The position numbers and the translations under genes were made by a program. A DNA stretch of 64,000 nt from a virus (taxonomy: Duplodnaviria; Heunggongvirae; Uroviricota; Caudoviricetes): IMG/VR virus record IMGVR_UViG_3300035698_011431, positions 1 to 64,000 of that record; one strand, 5' to 3'. This document shows, piece by piece, positions 39,110-49,572 of this stretch. Position 1 is the stretch's first letter, and every line of letters starts with the position of its first letter. The notes beneath the pieces were generated by a model that was not told the DNA's origin, searched no databases, and saw only the letters and a program-made list of their open reading frames with translations.

Positions 39110-39778
39110 ATGGATAAGAAGAAAAAAAATATTAGGGTGCCGGTAAAAACACTAAACATTAAAAAGATTAATGTAAAAATAGGTGGCAAGTCATTAATAA
39201 CTCATCCCTTTAGCGAAAAGGCTAAAAGGCAAATGAGAGAAAAACAAGCAGGACCCACAAAGAAAATAGGAAAAAGGGATGCAAGAAAACCTAAGGAGGA
39301 ATTTGAACATGCTTTGCATATTTTAAAACCAGGAAAGTTTGAATATGTAGAGAATGGAGAAGATTGTGGTCTTGGAGAAGTTAAATTTAGTGGTAAAGCT
39401 GGATTCCCGGCAGTAGGATTTAAGAAAGCTATTGTTGGATCAGCTAGATATGTAGATAGTCTTCCCATGACAGTCCTTAGAGGTTGTCTTTTTGTAAAGG
39501 GAGATGAGGAGACAATCAATGATCTAGTAGAAATAAGTTATAAGAAATTAATTATGCGTGAAGATGCTGTAACAGTGGGAAATGGTTCACAGGATCTTAG
39601 GTATAGGCCAGAATTTAGGGATTGGTCAGCAGAATTATTAGTGGAATATAACGCAGATGTTATGAGTGTTGAGCAAATTACAAATTTAATAAACTTGGCG
39701 GGATTCTCTGCTGGTATTGGTGAAATGAGACCAGAACGAACAGGAGGGAATTACGGGCAATGGTTTCTTATGAATTAA
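39110..39778 (+). CDS. hypothetical protein (basic N-terminus)
   Basis: 222-aa ORF upstream of the TTAAGGCAGAT box array. Confidence 0.35.
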   Translation: MDKKKKNIRVPVKTLNIKKINVKIGGKSLITHPFSEKAKRQMREKQAGPTKKIGKRDARKPKEEFEHALHILKPGKFEYVENGEDCGLGEVKFSGKAGFPAVGFKKAIVGSARYVDSLPMTVLRGCLFVKGDEETINDLVEISYKKLIMREDAVTVGNGSQDLRYRPEFRDWSAELLVEYNADVMSVEQITNLINLAGFSAGIGEMRPERTGGNYGQWFLMN

Positions 39779-40245
39779 GATTAAAAAACATGACAAATAA
39801 AAAAATAGTAGTATCTACTGTACAAAAATCATTAGCTAAGATTGGAGGAGGAGCTGGATTTATACGTCCAGAAGATGTCCTTGCAGAGGCTGAAAGCCCA
39901 AAAAGTCTTCTTCATGATTATTTTGAATGGGAAGATAATAAGGCAGCAGAAGGATATAGATTAATGCAAGCCAGGTGGCTTATAAAAAGTGTAAAGGTAG
40001 AAATAGAAGGAGAAATAACTACGGCATATAAAAATGTACGCATTGAAACAGAGGATGGTAAACAAGAACGTGCGTATGTTCCAACTGTTCAGGTATTTAA
40101 CAATGAGGACTTAAAGACTCAGATTAGAGCGGATGCTTTAGGAAGGTTAGAACATTGGCAAAAACAATATGAACAATGTGATGATCTTCAGGCATTAATA
40201 GATAAAAAGGGCATGAAGGAAATGCGAAAGAAGTATAAAAGCTAA
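39760..40245 (+). CDS. hypothetical protein
   Basis: 161-aa ORF ending at the start of the box array. Confidence 0.35.
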   Translation: MVSYELRLKNMTNKKIVVSTVQKSLAKIGGGAGFIRPEDVLAEAESPKSLLHDYFEWEDNKAAEGYRLMQARWLIKSVKVEIEGEITTAYKNVRIETEDGKQERAYVPTVQVFNNEDLKTQIRADALGRLEHWQKQYEQCDDLQALIDKKGMKEMRKKYKS

Positions 40246-40269
40246 CAGTAACGAAGGATATGGCAAGTT

Positions 40270-40860
40270 TTTATATGGCAGATACGTTCAGGTGAGTGCG
40301 TTATGTAAGGGTCAGCAAGGCAAGGGAATGTTAAGGCAGATGCGTTTTGTATGGTTCGTTCCGAAATGATTCGTTGACTTTCGGTTTTATTAAGGCAGAT
40401 GAGGATAGGAGTGTTTTTCTTCGCAATGGGGTGGAAATATGGGGAAATATTAAGGCAGATGTGATTTAGCATGGACAGGTATGACACATTCCGTAAAGAT
40501 TTGGCAGATGAGGTTCGGTGCTCTAAGTCCGTTAGGGTAAGGTCCGTTTTAATGGGATAAGGCAGATAAGGGTGGCTGGGGAGTGATTAGGTTAGCTACT
40601 GTGTACTTAGTTAAGGCGGATAAGATGCGATTGTTATGGATTGGATGGTTCGGCAGTGGTCGGTACGGTAGTAGGAGATCAGGCATAAATAAGGCAGATA
40701 AGGTGCAAATGCTATGTGTTGGTACGGTCCGGAAACGGTTAAATACGGCAGATATGGATAGCTTAGGCATATCAAAACTAGGGGGGGGTAAGGATTCCCC
40801 TCTCTAGTCAGAGGATATCATGGAGGGGGGGGAGGTGTATTAGCAGTTGTTCTTGTAGAA
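40270..40860. repeat. iteron-like array: nine TTAAGGCAGAT(R) boxes at ~58-bp phasing, ending in G8-containing imperfect palindromes
   Basis: boxes at 40277, 40335, 40394, 40454, 40503, 40561, 40615 (GGCGGAT), 40693, 40747; ~600 bp without credible ORF, GC higher than surroundings. Confidence 0.6.
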
Positions 40861-42137
40861 ATAGGCACAGCAATATTTATTTTGGAATAATTAATAATAA
40901 TAAAAAACATGGAGAAAATAAAAGGATGGAGAAACCAATATGATAAAGACTTTGATGACGTTGGGCGTGTAATAGTATTTGAAAAGTTTATTCAAGGGAT
41001 AGGATTTGGATTTACACCAGCACATGCAAAAGAACATATTAAAGAAAAAGAAGAGAGATATAATAAGGAAATAGCAGCAATGAAAGAAGCGTTTGAATTA
41101 TGGAAACAAGAATTTAAAAGCTAACAAATAATAGATAGATGAAAATAGTAAAAAGTAAGCATCGAGGGTTAGTTCATCAAAGAGCAAGTTGTCTTGAGTG
41201 TGATTGGATGAATGAAGAATATATTGATTGTGAGGCCAGAAAGGAGGCAAAGAAACACGTATTGAGGACAGGGCATAGGGTACAACTGGAAAGTGGTATT
41301 ATGCGACAATATTATTTAATAAATAGCTAACAAATAAATAAAATGGATATAGAGAAAATAAAAGAAAATATAGAACTTGTTATTAAAAAGTTAAAGTATA
41401 TGAATGAGAAAGATGCGGTGCTTCAAGAAAAGATAATATTTATGGGCATAGATGATTTAATAGGAATCCTAACCTTTCGACAAAAAGAGAAGCTAAAAGA
41501 GATATCAGAAAAGATAGATTCTATGATTACGGATCAAGGCACTGAATTCAGTCTAGGTTACGATCAGGCCATAGTAGAAATTCGAGCTTTAAAACTATTA
41601 AATAAATAAAACATGAACAAAAAAGAAGAGATTAAGGCGGCAATTAGAATCCAGTTCAAACAAGCAGTAAATGAGGCATGGGCTAATGGAGCAGACAGAG
41701 TTATTGTTTTACCATCAGCTGAAAAAAGAGAGAAGAATATTTGTGATTTAATAGATGAATTAATAAATGAAACAGATACTCCCAAAAAAAAGAATTAAGA
41801 AAGAATCACTATTGATAAAGATAATAATGTGGATAATAATAGTTCCATTATCTATAATAATAGCGGTTCCAATCACAGTAGTAGTTACTATTTATTTAAT
41901 TAGATTTGCATTTACATGAGGAGGACAATAAATTGGATAATAGTAAGATATAAGATATTGAAATTGCGCATAACCATTAGAAGATTAAAGAGGAAAGGAA
42001 TTTTAAAATAAATATGAGGGGGTAGCTATTCCCTTACCAAGGGCATAGCTAGGAACAAATCTTACAAAGGTTTGTGGAGGTTCAAATCCTTCACCCTTTC
42101 GTCAAACAGCACATTACAAAAGGAGGTGAGATTTCTT

Positions 42138-42302
42138 ATGAGAAGACTTACAGCATTATTGATGATACTAGGCGTGGTTATATTGGTAGCTGGCTGCGAG
42201 ATAAAAGCCAAAGATGATCGCAAAACGATCAAGCGTAACCCAATACGGCCCCCGTACCATCAAATCGCAATGACTTACTATCGACACATTAAGTTGGTAT
42301 AA
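42138..42302 (+). CDS. small lipoprotein (signal peptide + lipobox LVAG-C)
   Basis: MRRLTALLMILGVVILVAGCEIK...; GGAGGTGA Shine-Dalgarno 7 nt upstream; start chosen inside ORF-track ORF 42072..42302. Confidence 0.5.
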   Translation: MRRLTALLMILGVVILVAGCEIKAKDDRKTIKRNPIRPPYHQIAMTYYRHIKLV

Positions 42303-42365
42303 GTTAAAGGCTTTGACAGGTGTGCCTTTGAACACCTGTCACTTACAATTAAGGAGGATAAAAAC

Positions 42366-42737
42366 ATGAACATTGGAGTAGATTTCGGAGCAGTGATTCA
42401 GAAATATCCAGAAATCTTTAAACACCTATTAAGGTGGCATAGGAATTCTGGTGACGTGATTCATATGTTACCGGGTCGAGATTATCATAAGTATTACGAA
42501 GGCACAGATAAAGAAATCCACGAGCAAGTAATGGCAGCGTATAAGGATAAGTTCGATACCTTTGAGATACCATATGATTTTCTTATGCCTCATGACAACG
42601 AATCACACAATGGACATTGTTTTAAGGGTAAGTACTGTCGCGATCACAAGATAGATGTCATGTACGAAAACGAAGAAAGATATTTTCGAGATATCCAGAA
42701 GTGGTCGCCAGAGACCAAATTAATCAAAGTAGATTAA
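42366..42737 (+). CDS. hypothetical protein (His/Cys-rich), strong SD
   Basis: 123 aa, TTAAGGAGGA upstream; 9-bp stem hairpin GACAGGTGT/ACACCTGTC between it and the lipoprotein gene. Confidence 0.4.
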   Translation: MNIGVDFGAVIQKYPEIFKHLLRWHRNSGDVIHMLPGRDYHKYYEGTDKEIHEQVMAAYKDKFDTFEIPYDFLMPHDNESHNGHCFKGKYCRDHKIDVMYENEERYFRDIQKWSPETKLIKVD

Positions 42738-42744
42738 TAGGGTC

Positions 42745-43347
42745 TTGGCAACATTCCCCTCCAAAGAAAGTTGCTTTATCACTAATTTAAAAACAATGAA
42801 GGTATTAGAACAAATAAAAAGGAATTATAAAGACTTTGGATATGTGAGTGTGTTGGAACATAAAAGGCAGTGGGTTTTTGCATCTAATAGTGAGATGCGT
42901 ACAGATATGGTAAGTAAGAAATTTAGAAAGAATTTAATATTCTTTAAATTTGATAATGTCTTGGGTGATTTTAATGAAGGGGATATTGAAATAGTAGCCA
43001 CAATACCCGCAATGGAACTAGCAGGGAAGTTTAAAGTTGGGGATAAATTTAAGCTAAGAAAGTGGGATCCAAATGCGTACAAGGTTATCCATGAGGTGTG
43101 TTCGTTTGATGTTAATGCTAAGACTGGAGAAGTAGCGATAATGGACGACAAGCAAGATCCATATTCATTAACCGAAATAGAACCATATTACGAGGAGGAG
43201 CTAAAAGAGTATAGTCCTAGAAATATAATAATGGAGAAAGAATTAGAGTTTATTGAATCCTTTGCCGAGCATCATACTTTGACAAGGTCTTTGGTGGCTC
43301 AATTTGTAGAATTTCAAGAAGACATAAAGAAGCTAAAAAGCATATAA
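42745..43347 (+). CDS. hypothetical protein
   Basis: 200-aa ORF. Confidence 0.35.
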   Translation: MATFPSKESCFITNLKTMKVLEQIKRNYKDFGYVSVLEHKRQWVFASNSEMRTDMVSKKFRKNLIFFKFDNVLGDFNEGDIEIVATIPAMELAGKFKVGDKFKLRKWDPNAYKVIHEVCSFDVNAKTGEVAIMDDKQDPYSLTEIEPYYEEELKEYSPRNIIMEKELEFIESFAEHHTLTRSLVAQFVEFQEDIKKLKSI

Positions 43348-43372
43348 ATTAAATATAATTAAGAAAAAAATA

Positions 43373-43930
43373 ATGAAATATAAAGTCATAAAAGAGTTCA
43401 TGCCTGAGGAGAAGTGGAAAGATATTACAAGTTATGAAGGTTTATATCAAATAAGTAATAAAGGAAGAGTCAAAAGTTTAATAAACAATATAATACTCAA
43501 ATTATACGATGATAGATATAACACTGTTTTTTTAAGCAAAGGGAAAAAGCAAAAATGTTATTTAGTACATAGATTGGTGGGGAAAGAATTTATTGAGAAT
43601 CCATTAGGGAAATTAGAAATAAATCATAAAGATGGGAACGGGTTAAATAATAATGAGGGGAATTTAGAGTGGTGTACTAGAGCAGAGAATGTGAGACATA
43701 CTTATAGGATCTTAGGAAGAGAGAAAACTAATCCGACCAAAGGGAAGTTTGGCAAGTTGCATTTTAGAAGCAAATTAATATATCAATATGATTTAATTGG
43801 GAACAAAATAGCCGAATATTGGGGAGGTAATGAGGCTAAAAGAAAGACGGGATATACTCAATCGCAGATAGCAAAAGCTTGTAGAGAAGGGAATGTTGTT
43901 TATGGTTATAAATGGAAATATATAAATTAA
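43373..43930 (+). CDS. HNH homing endonuclease (NUMOD4 + HNH_3 type)
   Basis: YEGLYQISNKGRVKSL (NUMOD4-like) and INHKDGNGLNNNEGNLEWCTRAENVRH (HNH_3). Confidence 0.7.
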   Translation: MKYKVIKEFMPEEKWKDITSYEGLYQISNKGRVKSLINNIILKLYDDRYNTVFLSKGKKQKCYLVHRLVGKEFIENPLGKLEINHKDGNGLNNNEGNLEWCTRAENVRHTYRILGREKTNPTKGKFGKLHFRSKLIYQYDLIGNKIAEYWGGNEAKRKTGYTQSQIAKACREGNVVYGYKWKYIN

Positions 43931-44569
43931 TTTAAACTTATGAGATATCGAGTAAAAATTGCTTTCTTCCCTGATGTAATTGTAGGGCAAATTATAGAAA
44001 GATCAGGACACGACGGTTTATTTAGGGTCCATTGTCATAGTAATGTCAATGAGTTTAATCTGCAATATATAAAATCCCACCCAGAAATCTTTGAGCCAGT
44101 AGAAGAGAGGTGGAAGCCTATAGCGGGTTGTGGCTATTATTCTGTTTATGTAGAAGGGGAAGATGACATTAATATGCACATTAGGGAGGCTGGGACTAAG
44201 TATTTCGATCGAAAATATGACATTGGCAATTGTTTCGAAACAGAAGAACAAGCCTCGGAGGCAACAAAAAGAATTAAGGAATTATTACTTAATTATCACG
44301 AAGAAATCAATGAAAAAGAAGACTAAACATTTCAATGAGGACAAACCCTCCGCATTAGGTATGGGGTTAGTTAATAATCCATATGTAGAACCTAAAGAAA
44401 AGAAGGATCCACTAGATAAAATAGCTGGAGACTTTACAGAAGGATTTATGGAAATAAGTTGGAAGGGGATTTGGAAGAAATATATAGCTCCGATACTGAA
44501 ATTCTTAACCATGGTTTTGATTATAGTAGGTTTTATATTACTTTTAACTTCAAACTTAAGGAGCACATA

Positions 44570-44821
44570 ATGCTAGTAGAGATAATTGGATATGTAGCAG
44601 CACTATTAATCTCAACAATGGCTATCCCTCAAATGGTAAAGGCCTATAAGTCAAAAAGCACAGGGGATATATCAATAATATCCCTTGTAATGAGACTTAC
44701 AGGAACTATGCTCTGGATGGTATACGCTATATCGAATAGCTTATGGCCTATGATTATAGGAAACGTTGTAATAACAATAAATTACAGCATCCTTATCTGG
44801 CTTAAGCTAAACTATAAATAG
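44570..44821 (+). CDS. PQ-loop / SemiSWEET-like three-TM membrane protein
   Basis: 84 aa from the internal Met of ORF 44459..44821, with AAGGAG 6 nt upstream; carries IPQ in the first TM (AIPQMVKAYKSKSTGDIS). Confidence 0.4.
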   Translation: MLVEIIGYVAALLISTMAIPQMVKAYKSKSTGDISIISLVMRLTGTMLWMVYAISNSLWPMIIGNVVITINYSILIWLKLNYK

Positions 44822-45622
44822 GATCTTTGCTACTTTCACCTCTAAAGAAAGTAGCTCTACAATAATTAAACTAAAATAATGAGGGAAATAAAGTTTCGAT
44901 GGTATTCAAAAGAATTAGGAATGAGTAAAGGTAAGCTATTAGATAAGTTTATAGATCATAATTCAGGGAACGATATATTAGATTTTGAAGAGGCAACGAT
45001 AGAAAAGCATGAGTTGAATGACTTGTCCGGTCCAATACAATACACAAATTCAGTCGATAAGAAAGGAAAAGAAATATATGAAGGAGATATTGTAAGGTTT
45101 TATGAGGGGGATCAAATTAAATGGGATAGGTTAAGAGTTCAATGGGACTGTGATAGGTGGGGTTTATTCGATGGTATTTGTAATGAGGAATCATTAGACA
45201 TTAATCAAGTACAGATTATAGGTAATATATATGAAGAATTAGAAACAAAATAATTACAATTAAACTAAATATATGTTTCAGGGGATGTTTATTTTAATGG
45301 AATTAGGATTGACAATTCTAGCAGTAAAGCAAAACCTTAAGACAAGAATGAGTTATAGATTTCGAGGATAATGTGGTATAATATATATATCAATCTGGTC
45401 GATTGGTATTTATAAATTTAACAAAAATTAGTTTTGGTTGATTTTGTACTTAGGGAGTGAACTGTTTTTGAAGATTTAATAATGTTACATCTTTTTGACC
45501 AATATTGGTGCACAATTTCTTCTAACTGAGCTATTCGTATAAGATAGGAAGGCTCTAGAGCGTCTCATCGTTCTTCAGTACCCTTTCAGCATACGGTAGG
45601 TTGGTGATAAGAAATATACTAA

Positions 45623-45668
45623 ACAGGCTAGAGTTTTTAAACTCTCGTGGGCCTGTTTTTTATTTTCA
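45623..45668 (+). terminator. intrinsic terminator (ACAGGC...GCCTGT stem, T5ATTTT)
   Basis: read directly; preceded by a GC-rich structured ~80-nt segment. Confidence 0.55.
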
Positions 45669-45863
45669 TTGTATATGTTTTATGGTATAATAGGTATTAA
45701 TAATTATTAATTATAATATTATGGAAGAAGAAAGTTCGGATGCTTATTATGGAGAAGATGATTTGGGAGATGACGAATTAGACATTGATTGGTTAGATGA
45801 AGTAGACAAAGAGAATAATAAATAAATCTTGAATAAAAAGGGATAAATATTAATTAAAAATCA

Positions 45864-46214
45864 ATGAATAATCAAAGGATAATATATCAAAGGACAATAT
45901 TAGAATATCTTAAGTATAATAATTATCTATCCAAAGTAAAGGATTGCAAATTTTGCACGCTTGGAGGGCAACAAGTACTCCATAAATATACATATTGGAC
46001 ATTAATAAGAAATAAGTTTCCTTGGAAGACATGGAAAGAACATAATATCCTTTTGTTAAATAGACACATAAAAAATATAGATATAGAGGAGTTAAAGAGA
46101 ACCGAAATACAAGAGTTCAATGAGATAAGAATAAAACATCCAGAGCATGTAGTAATGCACACAGCTCCAAAGACAATCAAAGTAGATCACTTCCATTATC
46201 ATCTTTGTAAATGA
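45864..46214 (+). CDS. HIT-family (histidine triad) protein, candidate 5'-deadenylase/nucleotide hydrolase
   Basis: C-terminal DHFHYHL fits the HxHxHxx histidine triad motif; sits at head of RNA-ligase cassette. Confidence 0.4.
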   Translation: MNNQRIIYQRTILEYLKYNNYLSKVKDCKFCTLGGQQVLHKYTYWTLIRNKFPWKTWKEHNILLLNRHIKNIDIEELKRTEIQEFNEIRIKHPEHVVMHTAPKTIKVDHFHYHLCK

Positions 46215-46404
46215 ATAAAATAGATCATCCAAAACATTATAATCAAGTACCAGAGATAGAATGTATTGATGTAGTGGAATGGTTTAATTTTAATTTAGGT
46301 AATTCTGTGAAATACATTTGGAGAGCAGAGTTTAAAGAAAATAAGGAGGAAGATCTAAAGAAAGCAATTTGGTATATTAATAGAGAATTGAATAAAAACA
46401 AGGA

Positions 46405-47448
46405 ATGAATTTAGATAAAATAAATAATTTAATAGAGGAGAAGTATGTCTCAGTGCAGAAACACCCTATTGAAGATTTATATATCTATAACTATACACAC
46501 AAGGCTCAATTCGAGGGGAAATGGGATAAGGAAATAAGGATATGTAGGGGATTAATTTTAGATGGGAATAGTGATATTATAGCTAGACCCATGGAAAAAT
46601 TTTTTAATTATGAAGAGGTCGAAGTTAGGGATATTGAAATACCTAAAACAGATTTTAAGGTTTATGAAAAGTTAGACGGCTCGTTAATAATTTTATTTTA
46701 TTATAAACATAAATGGCGAGTAGCTACGAGGGGAAGCTTTACTTCAGATCAGGCAATAAAAGCCCGGGAATTATTAATAAATTATCAGCAATATATAAAC
46801 AAATTTAATAGAAATTATACATATTCACTAGAAGTTATTTATAAATCGAATCGTATTGTATGTGATTATGGAGAAGATGAAAGGCTAGTATTATTAGCAG
46901 GAATAAATATAGAGACAGGCAAAGAAATAGATATAATGAATATAGATTATCCTGATAAGCCAGAAATATTGTCAGGAGTTAAAGATTACAAAGAGATTAA
47001 GGCAAAAGAAGAAAAGAATAAAGAAGGATTTGTAATTAGATATGAAAATGGATTCAGATTGAAGGTTAAGTTTGAAAATTACAAGCGTTTGCATTCTATG
47101 TTGACAGGGATGACAGCACGTAAGATATGGCAAGCTTTAAAAGATAAAGAAGAGGTAAGTAAATATTTGGAAAAAGTACCAGATGAGTTTTATAAGTTTT
47201 TTAAAGACAAAGTAAAAGAAATTGGGAATAATTATAAGGAGATAGAGAGTAAATCAATTGAATATTATAAAGAGAATAGGGGACTAGATCGAAAAGAATT
47301 AGCAATTAAAGTAAACAAAGAAAAGGATAAACGAATAATACCGATTGTATTTAGTCTTTTAGACAAAAAGGATTATTCGGAAACAATATGGAAGATGATA
47401 AAACCAAAACATGAAATGCCACTTAATCAAATAGAAGACAATGAGTAA
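46405..47448 (+). CDS. RNA ligase 1 (T4 RnlA/gp63-like)
   Basis: CRGLILDG...ARPMEKFFNYEE parallels T4 Rnl1 ECRGIMFE...SRPMEKFFNLNE; motif I KLDGSL. Confidence 0.7.
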   Translation: MNLDKINNLIEEKYVSVQKHPIEDLYIYNYTHKAQFEGKWDKEIRICRGLILDGNSDIIARPMEKFFNYEEVEVRDIEIPKTDFKVYEKLDGSLIILFYYKHKWRVATRGSFTSDQAIKARELLINYQQYINKFNRNYTYSLEVIYKSNRIVCDYGEDERLVLLAGINIETGKEIDIMNIDYPDKPEILSGVKDYKEIKAKEEKNKEGFVIRYENGFRLKVKFENYKRLHSMLTGMTARKIWQALKDKEEVSKYLEKVPDEFYKFFKDKVKEIGNNYKEIESKSIEYYKENRGLDRKELAIKVNKEKDKRIIPIVFSLLDKKDYSETIWKMIKPKHEMPLNQIEDNE

Positions 47449-48292
47449 AATTTACATGACCTGTGGCTTACCTGCAAGTGGGAAAAGTACATGGGCGAAA
47501 CAATATATAAAGGAGAATCCTAACACTAAAATCGTAAATAAAGATTCTTTTAGGGCAATGTTAGATAATGGAAAATGGTCAAAGGGAAATGAAAAGTTTG
47601 TTTTAGAAGTTAGGGATTTAATAATAATCGCAGCATTAAAACAAGGTAAAGATATTATAGTAGACGATACTAATTTTAATATTGTTCACTTGAAAAGAAT
47701 AGAAGAAATAGCAGAAAAGCATAATGCAGAGGTGGAAATAAAAGATAGTTTTTTGGATATTCCATTGGATGAATGTATTGAGAGAGATAAGAAAAGAGAA
47801 GGCAGTGTTGGGGAAAAAGTTATTCGAGGGATGTATGACAAATATTTAAAGGAAAAGGATTATGTAAGACAAGACAAAGAATTATCAAAGGCTGTTGTCT
47901 TTGACGTCGATGGGACTTTAACTACAGGTCCTAAAGACAGAAGTCCCTATGAATGGAGTAAGGTTGGACAAGACGAACTATGTCAAGAAGTATATAATGC
48001 GTATAAGCTATACAAAGAAGCTGGATATAAAATAATAATCTTTACAGGACGTGATGGGTGTTGTGAAAAGGAGACAAAGGAATGGTTAAAAAAATATAAT
48101 ATAGAGTATGATTATTTTGATATTAGACCATTGGGAAACGCCGAAAACGATGCTATAATAAAGGAAAGGATGGTAAAGGAAATCTTAGATAAATATTACA
48201 TAGAAGTGGTTTTCGATGACAGAAATCGTGTTTGTAAAAAATGGCGTCAGCTAGGATTCAAATGTTATCAAGTGGCGTGTGGGGATTTTTAA
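47441..48292 (+). CDS. polynucleotide 5'-kinase / 3'-phosphatase (T4 PseT-like)
   Basis: P-loop GLPASGKST at N-terminus; HAD phosphatase motif VVFDVDGTLT in C-terminal half. Confidence 0.85.
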   Translation: MSKIYMTCGLPASGKSTWAKQYIKENPNTKIVNKDSFRAMLDNGKWSKGNEKFVLEVRDLIIIAALKQGKDIIVDDTNFNIVHLKRIEEIAEKHNAEVEIKDSFLDIPLDECIERDKKREGSVGEKVIRGMYDKYLKEKDYVRQDKELSKAVVFDVDGTLTTGPKDRSPYEWSKVGQDELCQEVYNAYKLYKEAGYKIIIFTGRDGCCEKETKEWLKKYNIEYDYFDIRPLGNAENDAIIKERMVKEILDKYYIEVVFDDRNRVCKKWRQLGFKCYQVACGDF

Positions 48293-48302
48293 GAATATTT
48301 AA

Positions 48303-49430
48303 ATGACTATGAAAAGAAAATTAGCTAGTATACAAATAATCGAGTCTTTGGAAGAAATCCCTAATGCAGATAGGATTGAAGTTGCAACTGTTTTGGGATG
48401 GCATTTAGTAGTAAAGAAAGGACAGTTCGAGGTTGGGGATAAATGTGTATATTTTGAAACTGATTCTCTCCTTCCGATAAAAAAAGAGTTTGAGTTTTTG
48501 GCAAAAGATGGGACAAAGAAAATAATTGGAGATGATAATAAAGAATATGAAGGATATCGGCTGAAAACTATAAAGTTGAGAAAACAAATATCTAGTGGCT
48601 TGGCATTATCGCTAAATGAATTAAAGGTAAAGGGGAGCGAAGGGGATGATCTAACAAAAGAGTTAGGGATAATAAAATATGAAGCATTGTCTATTGGAAC
48701 AAATGTTTCAAGTAAAAGACCGGTAGTTTTTCCAAAGTGGATTCCAAAAGGGATAGGGGTTTTTATTAAAAGACATTTTCCTAAGACTGCACGAAAATTG
48801 TGGGGAAAGTCTTTGAGAAGTTTTCCTTCTTATATAGAGAAAACAGATGAAATAAGAATACAAGGTTCTCCTAAGATATTAGAACGACATAAGGATAAAA
48901 AGTTTTATGTAACAGAGAAATTGGATGGTTCTAGTGTTACGATATTTAGGGAAAAGGATAAAACTCAAGTTTGTAGTAGAAAGGTATGGCTTCCAAGGGA
49001 AGACGGCAATCAGTTTTGGGATGCGGTAACTAAGATTGAGGATAAGTTAAATGATTTGGAAGATATAGCATTACAGGGGGAATTAGTAGGGGTAGGGATT
49101 CAAAAGAACCCATTAAAAATGAAGGATAGAAAGATATATTTCTTTAATGCGTATGATTATCAAAAAGGAGAATATCTTAATTTCAAAGAATTCCAGGGAC
49201 TAATAACTAGGCTTGGATTAGAAACTGTTCCTATAATAGAAACAAGTTATAGGCTTCCAGAAACAATTGATGAAATGGTAGAGTATAGTACAAGGAAATC
49301 GACAATAGCAAAAGAAGAGTGGGCAGAAGGATTAGTATTTAGATCTTTAGAAGAAACTCAAGATCAAAGGATTGGTAGGTTAAGTTTTAAATGTATAAAC
49401 CCTAGCTTTCTTCTAGCACATGGGGATTAA
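48303..49430 (+). CDS. second ATP-dependent polynucleotide ligase (KxDG nucleotidyltransferase; RNA ligase candidate) with N-terminal OB-like domain
   Basis: motif I TEKLDGSSV, downstream ligase-like motifs; family assignment uncertain. Confidence 0.5.
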   Translation: MTMKRKLASIQIIESLEEIPNADRIEVATVLGWHLVVKKGQFEVGDKCVYFETDSLLPIKKEFEFLAKDGTKKIIGDDNKEYEGYRLKTIKLRKQISSGLALSLNELKVKGSEGDDLTKELGIIKYEALSIGTNVSSKRPVVFPKWIPKGIGVFIKRHFPKTARKLWGKSLRSFPSYIEKTDEIRIQGSPKILERHKDKKFYVTEKLDGSSVTIFREKDKTQVCSRKVWLPREDGNQFWDAVTKIEDKLNDLEDIALQGELVGVGIQKNPLKMKDRKIYFFNAYDYQKGEYLNFKEFQGLITRLGLETVPIIETSYRLPETIDEMVEYSTRKSTIAKEEWAEGLVFRSLEETQDQRIGRLSFKCINPSFLLAHGD

Positions 49431-49572
49431 AAATTTTAGGATACAAGGGAAATATAGAAGCAGGGATGTATTTTGACAATCCTATGAATAACGTTGTATG
49501 ATTAGTTCATACAAACCTTACGTAAACCCTCTAAATAATTGCTCAGTTTACTCGTAAGGTTTCTGGGCGTTT

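Noticed and set aside
40270-40860. possible CRISPR array
   Set aside because: conserved core is only ~11 bp, spacing varies 49-78 bp, no longer repeat consensus and no cas genes
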